DNA of 64,000 nt from Cyanophora paradoxa CCMP329 (lineage: Eukaryota > Plantae > Glaucophyta): contig QPMI01000048.1 of assembly GCA_004431415.1 (NCBI GenBank), forward strand, positions 62,001 to 126,000, read 5' to 3'. The notes under the pieces were generated by a model. It saw only the letters and a list, made by a program, of their open reading frames with translations. It was not told the origin of the DNA and did not search any database. The translations under genes were made by a program, and so were the position numbers. Shown piece after piece: positions 12,942-24,319 of the stretch (position 1 is the stretch's first letter; every line of letters starts with the position of its first letter).

Positions 12942-13842
12942 CCCCTGATCCGGCCTGAAATTAAATTAAATAAGCCTGGTTCAAGTCTCATGCATACGTG
13001 CAAGCCTGATTGAAGCCTGACTCGAGCGGCCGTCGAGCCTGACTCCGTGATTTAAGCCTCTTTCAGCCTGATCCAAGCCTGCTAACGTTTCAGCCTAGGC
13101 CTGTTTCAAATCAGGCTCATGAGCTCGCTGAGCCTGTTTCAAATCAGTCCTCCGAAATTAGGCTGAGCTCGAGTCTGTTTCGCCAATTGCAAGCCTGTCT
13201 CAGCCTTATATAATATATTTAAGCCTGTCGTTCGATTCGCCGTCGTTTGCAGTTCGATTGCCCGCCTCGGCCCCGGCCGACTTTAGTGATTCCTTTGACT
13301 GTCCTGTTGCCTGCTCTTGATCCGCCTGATCCGCCTTCTTTGTCCTCCTCGTGCTGTATCCGTAGCTCTGCCCTTTCGCATCGTCCGACGGTCCTGCTTC
13401 GCCTCAGCCTCCGGATCCACGTCGTCTTGTTGTTCCTCTTACTTGCAATTGTCTGCTTCCTGTTCTTTATCTTTCTCAATTTTGTCCTCCGCTTGTTAAA
13501 ACGTTTTTTTTTGGTGAATTACCGGCCACAGCCTCTATAGCTAGTCTACTCCAGCACGTTAGTGATGTAATTTCTTCTGAAATTAATATTGATGGTATCT
13601 CTAGCTCTAGCTCTTCTTCGAATTCGTGTCTATCATCCTCTGTCCCTAGATATCGATCTGCTCGGTCTGGTTCGCTTCCTTTTTTCTTCGTGCTTTCGCC
13701 TAGTAGTTATTTTGCTTTTTGTCTCTATGCCCCCTGGGCAGCCCCCCGCAGTGCTGGTGTCTAGAGACTGTGGCCGGTAATTCACAAAAACAATATTTAA
13801 GCCTAATTTATAAATCAGGCTGAATTCGAAACAGCTGCAGGG
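12942..13842. repeat. AGCCTG-rich repeat (probable non-autonomous DNA element) interrupted by a retroposed insert
   Basis: Many AAGCCTG/CAGGCT units. Weak CCCTG...CAGGG ends with no convincing TSD. Confidence 0.4.
13227..13792 (+). mobile_element. Short retroposed (SINE-like or truncated LINE) insert with 12-bp TSD
   Basis: ATATTTAAGCCT occurs at both 13215-13226 and 13793-13804. Ends in GCAGTGCTGGTGTCTAGAGACTGTGGCCGGTAATTCACAAAAAC, a tail also seen at ~60815-60860, with inverted variants at ~13505-13535 and ~11463-11490. Confidence 0.65.
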
Positions 13843-13874
13843 CAGTGCAGGCTCGCGACCCCCAATTACTAGTA

Positions 13875-16800
13875 GGCGCTGCGCGCGCGTTGGCCTCTCA
13901 TCTCCGCAGCGCCGGCACTGCGTGCGCTGACCAGCTAAGTTATGTAGACTGCCTCTCCGTCAGCAATGGAGCGGCCTCCGCGCTCGCCTCGTCGCCGGTG
14001 CATGCCACCTGGAGCGCCCAGTCGCCGATCTCCGCGCGCAGAGCGAGGAGAGCGGGCGGGTGTGCGCGCGGAGCGGCCCGAAGACCGTCGCAGTTGCGCT
14101 GGTCGACGGGCGGACTCGGTGGGAGGTCTCGTCGGCCGTGGACGTCTCGCCCGGCGAAAAAAAAGTCCGCCTCGTCCCGCCCGCAGGGGCCGTGGTGCGC
14201 GCGCGCGCCGGCGGGCCGAGAGCGCTGCGCAAAGCTAACGGCACTGCGGCAGGGCCCTGACCACTTCGCGGCGTGCATCCGACCGGCTGGCGGCCACCGG
14301 CGGCCAGCCGGCGCGAGCTGGGCGTGCACCGCGCGGGCGCAGGCGCCCCGAAGCGGCCCTCGCGCCGCCCGACGGCTGCGCCCGTGCGCGGAAGCCCATG
14401 GCGTTCTGCGCTGAGGTGCGGCGGCGGCGGCGGCGGCGGCGCGGCGGCGCGAGCCGCCGCGGCGCGCGCAGCGCGGCGGCGCAGCTCGAGACGTTCGCGC
14501 TCCTCCTGGTGCGCCGCCCGCCGCGCGCAGCGCGGCGGCGCAGCTCGAGACGTTCGCGCTCCTCCTGGTGCGCCGCCCGCCGCCGCCGGCCTCTGCGACG
14601 TCGGCGGCGGCGCGCGCCCGGAGGACTGCAGCGCGGCGGCGCAGCTCGAGACGTTCGCGCTCCTCCTGGTGCGCCGCCCGCCGCCGCCGGCCTCGCGCGC
14701 CGCCTCTGCCGACGCGCGAGGAGCGCGGGCCGGATTCGCGTTCGCGAGCGAAGGGTCCCTCTGGCTGCAGGGCTTCGGGCAGCGCCCCGGGCTGCGTGCC
14801 GTTCACGGCGCGTCCTCGCGCGGGATGCGTCGGGTCGCCCCTCGCCCGTGCGCCCCCGCCGCCCTTCCCGCCGCCCGTCCGACGGGGCGCAGGACCCGAG
14901 GGCGTCAAGGTGTGCCGCATCGAGGGCCTGAGCGAGGCGCCCCTGGCGGCCGCGGCCACGCGCCGCGGCGCCGGCCCCGCCTGCCTCCGCTGCACGCCCG
15001 TGCGCCCGACCCGCCCCACCCGCTCGCGCCGCCCGCTCAGCCGGCCGCGCAGGGCGGCGGGCGCAGCGCGGCCGGCGTCGGGGGCGGGGCGCTGGAGCTC
15101 TTCGGCGCCGCCCGCAGCGGCCCGCGGCGGGCGCCTCGTCGCGCTCCCTGGCGCCGGCGCGGTCGGCCGCGCGGCGAGCGCAGCAGACCTTTTTTTTTTT
15201 TGGAAAGCCTGTTGCATTCGTACACACTTGACAACAGTCCCCCGCTCCTCGCCTACCGGATACTGGGATGCTGACTGCAGGAGGAGATAGATGACAAGAG
15301 TGCTACAGCTAGTAGTCGTGTCGAGCTGGTGCTTGAGCTGTAGTCTACCGAGTCGCCTCCAGAACATAATATGCGCCGGTCCTCTAGCAGTGAGCGCGGC
15401 ATTATGAGCTGCACGGTCCTAGATGCCCGCTTGCTGTCTCGTAGAACTTGGCCGTGGTGCGCTGTGTCCTATCTAATAATGGGGGAGATGCGGTAGGGGA
15501 AGAGGGTCCGCGGTGTCGTCGCGCCCGTCGTCGTCGCCGCCGTTCGAAGTCCAGCTCCGACCAGTAGGACGAGGCGCCGCGCTCCGAGACCTGCGCCACC
15601 CCCCCCCCCTCCCCCCTCCCCCCCCCACCCTTCCCTCCCCCCCCTCCCCCGGACCTCCTCGCTAGCCCTGTATTTCAGGATGTCGTGCCCCGAGGGTCGA
15701 CATGAAGGAAGTGATATGTAGCTGACAGGCGCAGTGATGAGCTGAGTAGTTGGCGGGCGTGTCTGGAGGGGCAGAGCAGATGTGGGAGACGGGCCGGGCC
15801 TGTGGGGGTGATCGCGCCATGGTGGATGCGGCGGCAGCCGCACGTTGCGCACATGTCTGGGAGGTATTGGAGTATGCTGCCGGGCTTTCGAGGTCTGCGC
15901 GGCTTCGGGGAAGGCGTCGGCAGTGGCGTCGGCGGCAGCGGCGGCGGCCGGGGCAGCGGGGGCAGCTCTTCCAGTCGGGCTGGCTGTCGGCGTCGGAGTT
16001 TTTTCCGGGGTTCCGAGGTTGCCTGGCCCGCGGGGGCGCGCACGCTAGGCGGCCGCACCGTAGCTTCTGCCATCGGTTTCCATTCGCCTGGGGCAAAGAA
16101 TTTAAAGATGGAGCCCTCAGGGAGCCCTGGAATGGGGTCCGGTGGAGAGGCTGAGGCGTCACGCTTGCCGCGTTTCTGTCCTGGAGGCTTCCGAGGGGCC
16201 GGGGCGTGTTTGCGTTTGCTGCTCAGCGGCTCTGATGGTGTTATCTCTGGGCGACGCTTGGCGCTGGGGGCCGGGGCTGCATCGTCATCCTCCACCGTAC
16301 GTTTGGAGCCAACGGGTGGGGCTTACTGGTGGGCGGTGGCGGGTGCTGCGGGGCCCGTGCTCGTCTCTGAAGCGTTTAGCTGATGTCGGGGGTGCTGCGG
16401 GCGTGGCCGCAGGCCGTTTCACTACGCGGGCGGGGGGCTGCGGGGGTATAGAAGGGGTAATTCCAAGTCGTTCGTCGAGGACGTGGGCTGGGAGGGGCTA
16501 GGATTGCGGACTAGGTGGAATCCGACTCCCGCTGCGCTGTCGATGCAGAGACCTGTAGCGAGGTGGCGGAGGCACAGGCGGGCGGAGGCAAAGCTTGCCC
16601 CGCAGGTGTCGCAGCGAGGGCGTCGCGCTTCGAGTTCGCGGAGGCGGGCGCTACGTCGGGGGGCTGGCTGTCCTGATGCTGAGCTGGGTGCTGACCGGTT
16701 CCTCTTCCAGCTTCTTCCAGGTGAACGCCGCCAGCTCGGCCGCCAGGGCAGGAGCTGCCCCGCCGAGGTACTCCGTGATCGTGACTTGTTGGCGTTCGAG

Positions 16801-19800
16801 CGAGGGGCACCGGGTAGTCGGGGTAAGAGGAATTGGAGCCGGGGCTGGAGTAGGGACCTGAGCCATCATCGAGGCCTTGGTCCGCTTGGTGCGTTTTTTC
16901 CCGGCGTGATGCCGTGTTCCTGTTCCCAGGCTATGACTGCGTCGCAGCGGGTTTTCCAGATGCTCCGTGCATGCTCGTCCGCTAGTTGCACCAAGCCGTT
17001 CACTGCTTGCTTCGAGGTCGTGGCTAGAGCTCGAACTCCGAATGCTCGGAGTAGGACGTGAATTCCTTGCGGGGCGACTAGCTGGAAGAGAGCTCGAAAT
17101 TCGAATTGGTGAAGGAGGTCAGCTGCTTCGAGAATAGCTAGTTTTTGGCCCAGTGGGCAATCCGGAGCGAATTCGAGCGGAGGGCTGGACATGCCGGGTC
17201 TAGTAGGAAGGGGAACAGCGCGTCCCAGGAGCTGCGAAGTCCCGTCGGCTTGTGTTTCATCACATGTTTAAGGACGTGCTCGCGGGCGGCTAGGCGGAAG
17301 ACGTTGACGGCAGTAGCGGCAGCAGGGCATACCCAGATGTGATCGAAGTCTTCCTCTGCGAGGCGGCAGCGGGGGCAAATTGGTCCCTCGGGGCAGATTG
17401 CCGCATAGATGTCCGGGCGCGTGCGAGCACGGACTCGCAGCGTGGCCAAAGATGCAGTCAGCAGTTTTGAGCGCGTCGCGCGAAGCTGAACCCCGGCTTG
17501 GGTCTTGCGGCGTCCATCTTTGCGGTGTGCAGACATGAGGGAGAGCGGCGTCGAGTTGGCCGCCAGTGAAGCGCAGGAGTCTACCAGCTTCGAGTTGACA
17601 GCTCCACTGAATGAAGTCCACGAGCTGGGCTTCCTCGTCCATGTGTTTGCGCGGGTCTCCGTTCACGCGGTACGCCAAGAGGTGGCCGGCGTATCTCTCT
17701 GTGCCGGTCGGCAGCTCCGCAGAGCCAGACTTAAGCTTGGTGCCATAGCGGATAAGCGGGGTAGTAGACCCGCATCCTGCGGGAAGGTATAGGAGGGCAG
17801 GGCAGGGCCCATCATTGCAGCTTTTCGCGAGGCGATCGGCCTGGTCGTTGTAGCAGTCGTACGCTGGATTGGGTACCAGTTCCGCTCCCGGCGCCCGGCG
17901 GGCTCGTGCACGGTTTTTCTTGGTCGGGTCAGGGGCAGGGGCCGGTGGGGGCGGTTTTGAGTTCTCTTCGGCGAGGGTAGCAACCTCAGCGGCACGGAGC
18001 GATGTCGGGCGGGTAAGGTTAGAGAGAATTTCGGCGCGAGGCAGATGCAGCCTCCGTTCTCTTTGTAGTTTTCCTACAACCTGGGCGAAGGCAGCTTCGT
18101 CTGATTTTGGCGGGGGGTCTGCTGCCGGGTCTGGTAATGTGATGAGCGTTGGCGAGGGAGGGCGGGAGTGAGCCGCGAGGGAGTCATCTTCGCTGTCGCT
18201 CGCCTGCGATTTGCCCTCAGGTGTGAAGCAGGTCTCGCCGTCGTCACCGATTTCAGAGTCAGGTGGCGTCGGCAGCGTGCCACCGCGGTGCGAGGTTCGC
18301 CGGCGCCGACTGCCGAGCGTTGGAACAGAGGCTGTTTTTGGAGTCGCAAACGCGAGCTGATCCGAGGGAAAGGGTTCGGGGCCTATTTCAGTGGTGCCGA
18401 GGTAAAGGGCAAGTACAATGAAATGGGTGTAGGTCCGTAGTCGTTCCGGGAAGTCCCGAATGAGTGTGCTGAGGCGCTGCGTCGACGGGTCTCCAGAGAG
18501 GACGTAGGCTGTCATGAGAAGAAGGATCCCGCAGGAGGAGCGGTCGATCTGAATGGGTCCGTCGCAGGCATCTGTCGAGAAGGATGTCCATAGAGGCGGG
18601 GCGAAGGGTTCGTCATCCCGTCGAAGCCAGATTCGGACAAGGTCAAGGCCTAGGGCAGTCCGGTCGGTCGGCTCCGGTTCCCGCCGTCGTAGATTCGGAT
18701 CGAGCGTTGTCTGGGGGCGATGAGAAGGAGGACCCAGTGGTCGGCTGGGTCGCCTTCCCGGTGCGGGAGGCGGGACGGGACCAGAGCGGGGAAGAAAACC
18801 ATGCGATACGACCGTAGTGGTCGTGGTGGCAGATAGTGCAGTGTTTGTGCTGGGTTAAGAGTATGGGGTTGGGCGCCGACACCAGCTGTGGAGATTGCAG
18901 TGGGGAGGAAGCAGACGTCGCCCCCGCGGCACGCCGGTCGGGCTGCCAGGACGTCGAGGAAGGCATCGACCACCCGATCCGGGACTCCACGGGGAAGAGC
19001 GTTAGCGATAGTCCTATAGCTAGTTCGCCCGCCGCTCGGTGCAGGGGGTAGGTCTGTGTATAGGCAGGCAAGGTCTGCAACGTAGAGCGCCGGGGCAGGC
19101 GAGCGGGATGGTCGGCTCTCCGGCGTAGTGTGAGCTCGCGGGTATCCAATGACGGCGTGTTCCGCTGCGTGGTCACCTCGGTTGAGGGCTGGGCCCCAAC
19201 TGATGCGGATTTGGGGAAGCAGGGCTTTCTCGGCCTGCGAGAGAGCTCGAGGGAGGGGCGGCACACGGGGTGGTAGCTGAGGGCTCGTCGCCAATGTTTG
19301 CACAGATGACACCGGTGGCAGCGTGGGAGGAGGCATTGAGTCCGCTGCGGGCTCTGGTGAGGACGTGTCGGCGAGCTTGGGTGCCGATGCAGGGCTAGGT
19401 GCGGGTGGCGACGGGAGCTCCGGTTGTAACGTCGTCACAGTTGGCGGGTCCACGGCAGAGTGGTGGTCATGAGTGGGCCCGGACCAGTCAGCGGGAAAGG
19501 AGGGCTTCGTTGGCTTGTAGCCTTGTCCAGTGAGGCTGAGATCTGAGAGGTAGAGAGCAGCGGCGTACCGGAGCCGGATTGCCGGAGAATTGTGCGCGAT
19601 AATTTGCCGGGGGCAGTCCCAGTCATGCGTGAGATGTAGCCCGATGCAATGTAGTCCGCGGCCGCCAATACTAACAGGGCGTCTTCACCGTGTTCTGCAC
19701 CGGGCCAGCTCGGCGAGTTGAGGGTGCTAGCATCGCAGAACCAGCGAGGGCATTGCGGGGCTGGGCCCCCGGCTTGCTCCTGCCATGCATCTGCCCAGGC

Positions 19801-22600
19801 TTGAAGCTCGGGGAGGACATCGGAGCAGGGCGTGTGGGAGCCGTCAATAACCCTTATAACTCGGGTGCGTGGAGAGATAAGCGCCAGGCGCCAGTGGCGA
19901 AGGAGTGCTCGACCATCAGGCCCAGGGATGGGCGGGAGGGGGAGCAGGAGGTAGTCAACGTCGTTTGGGCGGAGGGTCGCTTTGTTTGAGCAAATGAACT
20001 CTGGAGGGCAGTCGGGGTCCAGGAGGGCCCGTCTGGCTGCACGGGGAGAGACGAAAATGCAGCTGGGGAGGCCCGGCGTCCGTGCCCGTTCCTGCGCAGC
20101 TCGGCGGGCGACAAGGCGGAGGAACGCAATTACGTGCTGCTCGTGAAGGGGCATTTCTTGTAAGAGGAGCGCAGATGCGGCTTCATGGTCGGAGAGCGTG
20201 AGGGGGTTACGCATAGATGCCGCCTGCACTTGCTGGCGTAGAGTTGGCGGTAGCGGCGCGGCGCGGAAATTTGGGTATGCGGCTGAGACCCCCACGGTGG
20301 GCGGTGGCGGATGGTATGCACGGATTGCGTCTGCTTCTGTGAATTTGCCATGCGAAGGCCGTTCGGGCAGAATTGGGCTGGGAGTGTTGGGCAGAACTGA
20401 CGGGTGGCATAAATTGCAGAGGGGGGCTGGGCCCGCTCGCCAATCCTGAAGTACAAAATCAAGGGAAGTGCACGGGCGGTCCGGGTCGCAGCGGTGATAC
20501 GCTGCAGTGGGGTCGTTGGGGGACAGGGGCAGGTCCTCGTCCCAGTGCCAAGCGGGGTGCTCAGCCGGGAATGAGCCATTTTCAGCCATCTGCCATCGAG
20601 ACGGCGAGGCGAGCCAGGTAGTCTGGTCGCGCCGGGCCCCAGTCGAGGACGGAGGGCCAGTGAGGGGGTAATCCCGGCGTGCATTCGCGCGGACTGCGAG
20701 TGCATCCCAGTACTCCGTGCGTGACGGGCCCGTTGTGGGGAGAGACACATCGACTTCTGGCCAGAATATTGGGTTAATGGGGGAAGTGCAGTGGAGACTG
20801 ATACGAGTACGATACCGAATCGGAAGGGCGGCAAGCCAGGGTGCGTAGCGGCGTAGGAAGTCAGCTGGAGCTGTAATCACGAGAGACTTATCAGGCAGCA
20901 TTCGTGTGTGGGCCCTCGGGATGCGGATAGCAGTTTCCCAGATTATGCATTGCTCGGCAGGGTGTGCTGCCAGATCGGGGGCAGCTGCAGCAAGGTCAAG
21001 TAGGAGGTGGTGCGGCGTTCCAAATTGCGCAAGTTCTATGATTTCAGGGTTCGCCAAGTATTGTTCGTATTCGCCAAGCGTTTGGGGGGCAATATAAACG
21101 TGGGCACGCCCCTCGTCATCTGGGGGCCCATCATGGAGGTAGGCAATGGGAATATTTAGTCCTCCATAGACACTGCGATATTCCCGGGCTGCAGCCTCCG
21201 ATGGAGAGGGCTGGCTGCGTGGAGGCGCCGCGGCGCCGGCCCCGCCTGCCTCCGCTGCACGCCCGTGCGCCCGACCCGCCCACCCGCTCGCGCCGCCCGC
21301 TCAGCCGGCCGCGCAGGGCGGCGGGCGCAGCGCGGCCGGCGTCGGGGGCGGGGCGCTGGAGCTCTTCGGCGCCGCCCGCAGCGGCCCGCGGCGGGCGCCT
21401 CGTCGCGCCCGTCGCGCTCCCGGCGCCGGCGCGGTCGGCCGCGCGGCGAGCGCAGCAGACCGTCGGACCCGCCGCTCCGACCTCGATCCCTCGAGCCCGT
21501 GCGCCGCGCCGCCCCGCGCCCCTCGCGGCGCCGGGCCGAGCGGGCGCCGCGCAGGCCCGGGCCCCCGGCGAGCTCGTCGCGGGCAGCTTCGCCAGCGAGC
21601 GCGTCGTGTGCTCGCACTGCCCAGCGGCCCCCGGTCCGCGCCCACTCCCGCCCTTCCGCCCCCCCCCCCCCCCTTCCCTCCCCCCGACTCTTCCTCACCC
21701 CGGTACCCCCGCAGGGGCCGGCCGCGCGTGTACCCCTCCGCAACGTCGCGCCGCCGGCCCGCGCGGTCCGCTTGCTGCCGCCGCCGCCCCTCCGCCCCGG
21801 CCGAGCGCGCCGCAGCCGGCGGCCGTGCATCCGGGCAGCGCGCGCAACGAGGCCCGCGGCAAGGCGCCCGCCAAGCCCACCAAGGTGCTCCGCTGCGCGC
21901 CCCGCGGGCGCGTGCCCCGCCGCACTGACGTCCCTGCCCCCGCTCTCCCCCGAGCAGGCTGTACCCCGGCACGACGCCGCTCCCCTGCGGCGGGAGGAGC
22001 CGCGGAATGAGGAGCGGCGACACGAGTTCGCCTGCGCCCTCGACGCCAGCGCCAGAGAGGCGCCGGCGGCCTCGGCGCAGGCCTCCTCCGCCCCCACGCC
22101 CGCCAAGGTACCCGTTGCTCCGCCGCGCGCCCCGCGCGCCCCGCCGCGCCGACGGCCGCCGCAGAGACGACGCTGGTGGGGCGGGGCGGCCACGGAGGGC
22201 TCAGCGCGGGCCCCGCTCGAGGCGCCGCGCGCCGCCCTGCGAAGGGTCTCCCGCGCCCAGCGTGCCCGCCCTGCCCCGTAGCCCTGCACCGGCCCCGCGC
22301 AGGCCAGCAGATTGAGCGAGGCTCATGCTGGCGCAAGGAAATTCGGATAGCGCGAGAGCTAGGGTGAGGATGAGTGCACGTGCTTCACTTCCAATGTATC
22401 CAATGTAAAAGTTGCAAGCGCACTGGCGCTGCACGTGGGGGATGCTCATAATAAAGAGACAGAGCCGCTGAAAGGCGGGAGAGGCGGGGGAATGGTCGTC
22501 TACTGAATGGTCGGGATGGTACACGGCTAAAACAAAAAGAGAGTGCATACTCGGGTGGTTTGAACCTACAAGTTGCGGGAGCACATTGCCCCCGCAGGCA
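13875..22600 (+). pseudogene. Repeated GC-rich multi-exon gene 'A', copy 1, split by LINE insertion (13875-15189 and 21225-22600)
   Basis: Homologous to 35490-36110, 37165-38989, 39203-41520 and 45590-47980. GT..AG introns are retained, with exons such as GPKTVAVALVDGRTRWEVSS, GPEGVKVCRIEGLSEAPL and GFAFASEGSLWLQGFG. Internal ~58-bp triplication at ~14465-14690. Function unknown. Confidence 0.55.
15190..21224 (-). mobile_element. 5'-truncated non-LTR retrotransposon (LINE) with two Ulp1/C48-like protease domains, RNase H-like remnant and zinc knuckle
   Basis: Poly(A) tail appears as a T run at 15190-15201. The frameshifted ORF runs to the 5' junction. Motifs: HWRLALI..VIDGS; DHWVLLLI..IYDG..GPIQIDRSSCGIL; YNDQADRLAK; CPRCRLAEEDFDHIWVCP; IWKTRCDAVIAWEQEHGIT. 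G-rich 3' UTR. RT and endonuclease are absent because of the truncation. Confidence 0.8.
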
Positions 22601-23196
22601 ATATTTAACGTCCAAATGGTATTGGCATTAAAATTAAATGCAATACTCGATGTCTTGTGTATACGTACTCGTCTAAATACTGTGGCGCGTCTTGCATTTA
22701 TTTTGTTTGCACCACGTGTTTAATCTGTCTCATCTTTTTTTAAGGACCGACGGGGGCGAGCTCGAGGCCCGCAGCCAGGGGCGGCGGAGGCGGGACCGCC
22801 GGCGCCAGGTTAGCGAAAAGTCGGAGATGACACGCCCGTCGAGCTCGACATGCCCGCTCTTTGCGCCTCAAGGTCCTATAATAGAAGGTAGCCACTCCGC
22901 CGAGGATCCGCCTTGCGCTACGCGTCGCAGCGCCCTCGAGCTTAGTGACCGCCACTCCCCCTCGGCGTAGCTCGTTCTTTATGCATCATTATAATTAAAT
23001 CATTTTTTGCAAGAATGGAGGTCGCATTGATACACCGCGGCACATTATAATTATATAATCAATCTCACGGTTAGGACCGTAGGATCCAAAGGCCCCCAGC
23101 ACCTCCGGATCCGATCACCAAGGGAAAGTACGTATACAGAATTTGAACCCAGGCGATGAATTCTGAATTCTGAATTCCGATTGCGATGTAGCCGAT

Positions 23197-24319
23197 CTAG
23201 ATTTTCATTTCAAAAAGTGCTTCGTAGTGATTACACCGAAAGGCAATACGGATAGGCTCAATTCCATCTAAGTCTTTTGTTTTCGTTGAGTATTTAGTCA
23301 AGAGTGTGTAGCCTCCGTCAATGGTTTTGCTTGGGCTGTACAGCCAGATCGGCTGCTTGAGAATGAAGGACAAAATGCGAAGCTCAAGTTCGCCTCCTGA
23401 TCCGATCCTTGCATTAGAACGTATACGTAGATGGGAAAAAGAAGGAAGTCATGTACAGAAAAAAACCCTTACCCCAAACTTTCGGTTTGGAAATCTTTCT
23501 TGCATACTCGGTAGGTGTCATGACCCTGCCGTCTTCGAAGGGAACCTTATCATTCTTCAGGAAGTCTAGAATCTTAAAGTCGTCATTGCCAGTTGTGGCG
23601 GCCTGTTTCACAATGTCTCCGATCCGCGTCCTCAGCTCGTTGGCGATGGCGAATAACACTGGGCTGAACGCGTCCAGAGCATTCGGGAGGCAAAATACTA
23701 CGCCCTGCTTAACAGGTAGCTTCGCTTGGCAGCAAGCGTTGAAAAGGCAATCCCCGTCTCCTGCATTCCTGTGATTTTCATGATCATTACTCAAGGAGCT
23801 CCAAGTTTATAAATTTCGTTTGCGTACTTCACAGAGAACAAATCTGTCCTTGTCGACCCTGGTTTCTCCGGTTCCACATACGAAGACCCCATGAGAAGAA
23901 AAACGAGATCGCTTAATTCCTCCTCAGTCATAGACTGCCGCTCAACTGCGCGTACGCATGCACGTGCATTGCAACTTAGCCAACAGCGCAAATGGCTCAT
24001 TATCATGATCATCGAATCATAATCATCGGTTACAGCACGTACCATCGTAGTCATCGGTCTTTGTGGGTTTGCCGTTGACAAACTCGTAGGCCAAAATGCT
24101 GGCGCTGATCTCAGCTTTCACCTCATCTGTTAGTTCCGGGTGGACTCCCAGAATCTCGTACAGATGAGCTGAGGACAGCGATTGCTGAGACACCGGCTGC
24201 AGGATCGACCGCGAGTCCCCAATACCGATGCTAGCCTCGGGATGGATACGTGGAAGGACCGCTACGGGAGGCGCTGGCCCAGTCGACGTACGCGGCGACG
24301 TGCGACGTTTACGGGCCAT
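23197..24319 (-). CDS. OTU-family cysteine protease (deubiquitinase), 4 exons
   Basis: Spliced protein MARKRRTSPRTSTG...SVK|NAGDGDCLFNACCQ...EYARKISKPKVW|GGELELRILS...IRIAFRCNHYEALFEMKI*. Has the OTU GDGxCLF, WGGxxE and HY motifs with catalytic Cys and His intact. Confidence 0.88.

Noticed and set aside
13247-13540. Hydrophobic 97-aa ORF resembling a membrane protein
   Set aside because: Lies in pyrimidine-rich retroposon sequence. The hydrophobicity follows from T/C bias.
22692-22970. Small ORF or exon between gene A and the OTU gene
   Set aside because: No motif, no homolog within the window and no linkable upstream exons.
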